Origin: Podarcis bocagei
Lineage: Eukaryota
Length of the DNA: 64,000 nt
Strand: one strand, 5' to 3'
Assembly (NCBI GenBank): GCA_964188305.1
Contig: OZ076892.1
Shown: positions 62,023 to 64,000 of the stretch, piece by piece
Numbering within the stretch: the stretch's first letter is position 1
Layout of the letters: every line of letters begins with the position of its first letter
Position numbers and translations under genes: made by a program
Notes under the pieces: model-generated
What the model was told of the DNA's origin: nothing
What the model saw: only the letters and a program-made list of their open reading frames with translations
The model's database searches: none

Positions 62023-64000
62023 CACTTCCGGGTTAGCGCCATCGGCAATGGCAGAGTTCCTCTGACCGAGAGGAACCCGCTCCGTGAAAATCGGGTCTTG
62101 CCGCCGCGGCGAAGGCGGAGACCCTTTAAAAATCCCAGGCGGAGGAAGCCTGGGAACGTGGGATTTGGCTGACACCAGGAGCGCCTCCCCTACTCGCAGG
62201 GAAACCCTTTTTCGGGGATCCGAAGTGACGCGGGGTGAGTGGCGCGGTGTTTTGAATCAACCGCTACTTTTACGGAGTGAAGCCGCACAGCCGTTGCCGG
62301 AGAGCGCTGACTTTTTCCTGTGGACAATTGGACTCTAAACAAGTACCCATGAGTAGAACAGAAAATTGGATTAAGAAACATTTTAATTTGGCACTGAAGC
62401 GGGAAGGTTCTAAACAGGAAGTCCGCCTCCCGTTTTTGTAAATAGATTGAAGCAAAAACTTTGCAAGCTAAAGTCTGGAAAGTCGTATATAAAGGTCTAA
62501 ATTTCCTTCAGTTATTACCACCAAAACCCCTCTTGGAAGCAGGAGAAAAGGGGGGGGGGAATTTTTGACTGTTCAAGCCTGCAGGAGAGAGAGTAAAGAA
62601 AGATAAATTTCCACCGTCTCAAACCTGGGAACGGGGTGTCAGAGACAGAAATTTATGGGAAAGTTAATTGACTGTGAATGGAACGTCTTTTGACAGATAG
62701 TTAAAAAAGAGAAACAAATTGATTCCAATGTTGCCTCTTGCACTCAAAAGAAACAAAATATCTGAAAAATGAAAGTAATTTTCTTTTATTGGTCCTCTTT
62801 CAAAAGATGGATACAAATAGAAATTGTCTCCTCTAGAGGGAGCTTGTTAAATTGTTGCTGGAGTCGAGCTGGGGATTTCACAGCTGTGAAGATTAGGATC
62901 GTGAGACCAGACTCTGACCTTGAATAAAAATGTGTTTAGAAGAAGTTTTGGTGCTTGCTTTTTGCAAGACAAGCGCTTTGCTGGAGCAGATGCATGAGAA
63001 GATGGATTTGATGACTGTTGCAGTTAAAAACTTTGGACAGACGGCGAATATCCATATAGAAACCATTCAGGAACCAACCCAGGAACCTGTTTTGACAGGG
63101 CAAGGGCAAGTGCAGAAGATAATGGAGGAGGTTGCTGTTGAACCTCAAGTAACACAAATGGAGAGACTCGAGGCCTTGCAGGAGCATAAGCCGCTGTTCT
63201 TGAAGTTTGAATCTGGAGTGGACCAGGGGGGGTCTGGAGTTGTGAGGGCTCTTAATTTTGGAAGGACTTTGAAACATGCTTTTAAATACTTTCTGGATTA
63301 CAGTGTTGACTGTGGGGAATGGGACTGTGGGGAATGGGCTGATCTGCTGAGGGGAGATGGAGATATTTTTGGATTGGAGTCCTCCCGAGACCTACCCCCC
63401 CCCCAATGAGAAAGGAAAGAAATTAAGAAAAAGATCAACAAAAGACAAAGTAAAGTGCAGGTATAAACAAGAAGATGATCTGCAGAAGGGACATGGAAAA
63501 GACTTAAGAGCCTCGGACATAAGATCACCAGGTTGATGGACTAGATGGAATGGACAAGAAGGACTGACAAAACCCGAGACCAGGAAGAAGAGACGTTGGA
63601 TGAAGATTGGAAGAAAGTTTTTAAAAATTTATTTTGAGAATTAGTGTAAAATTAACGAGTATTAGGAAAAATGTTGGAATGAAACTATTGGGCTTTAGTA
63701 GAAATGATATAAGGAGTTATGTACAAATAAGTATTACGTTTTAAGGTTTTTTTATGGTAAGATAAGGTTAAATAATTTAAGGTAAATTGAATGACAGAAT
63801 ATAGTGAAAGATGGAAAGGATTGGTTGAGTTAATTAATAGGTTAGATCGTTAAGATAAATTATATAACAAAAATTGAGAAAGATGGAAAGAATTTGCTGA
63901 AACAATTAATTAAATTAGAATACAAAAAGGGAGGTGTGAGGAGGTCGATGAAACAAGTAAATGAAAGATAAAGATATGGAACATTGGATATGTGTTTTAA
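62023..64000 (+). mobile_element. L1-derived element: CpG-rich 5' region, short ORF, degenerate ORF2 tip and 3' UTR (runs off the window)
   Basis: 63530-64000 aligns by eye with 23355-23740, e.g. GGGAGGTGTGAGGAGGTCGATGAAACAAGTAAATGAAAG is identical. The 5' end begins ACTTCCGGGTTAGCGCCATC. Confidence 0.7.

Overview
Eukaryotic, repeat-rich vertebrate DNA, most likely a squamate and probably a lacertid (Podarcis-like) lizard. The basis is full-length Sauria-type SINEs plus squamate-style CR1/L2/L1 LINEs and abundant hAT and Tc1/mariner MITEs. The only supportable protein-coding gene is the 5' end of SAMD11 on the minus strand. Coding exon 1 (46000-45493; perfect GCCGCCACC-ATG Kozak; SAND domain with the KDWK motif) splices across a 3.4 kb GT-AG intron to a 92-bp exon 2 (42118-42027), which also holds the ATG of the shorter, SAND-less 'MSKGILQ' isoform. 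I could not find exon 3, so positions 1-42026 appear to be a >42 kb intron 2. That intron contains a second CpG island with a strong splice donor (candidate internal promoter, about 27.2-28.0 kb) and several repeat-free, homeodomain-motif-rich blocks that look like enhancers. The rest is transposon debris, including several nested insertions that can be ordered by their target-site duplications (TSDs). The most unusual non-genic items are a mariner-type MITE carrying two tandem arrays of strong GC-rich hairpins (3603-4391) and an apparently internally deleted, non-autonomous L1 derivative with its own short ORF (about 62020-64000). No prokaryotic-type system (CRISPR, operon) is present. Almost all ORFs in the supplied track are spurious or transposon-derived. 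Family names come from recognition without database searches.
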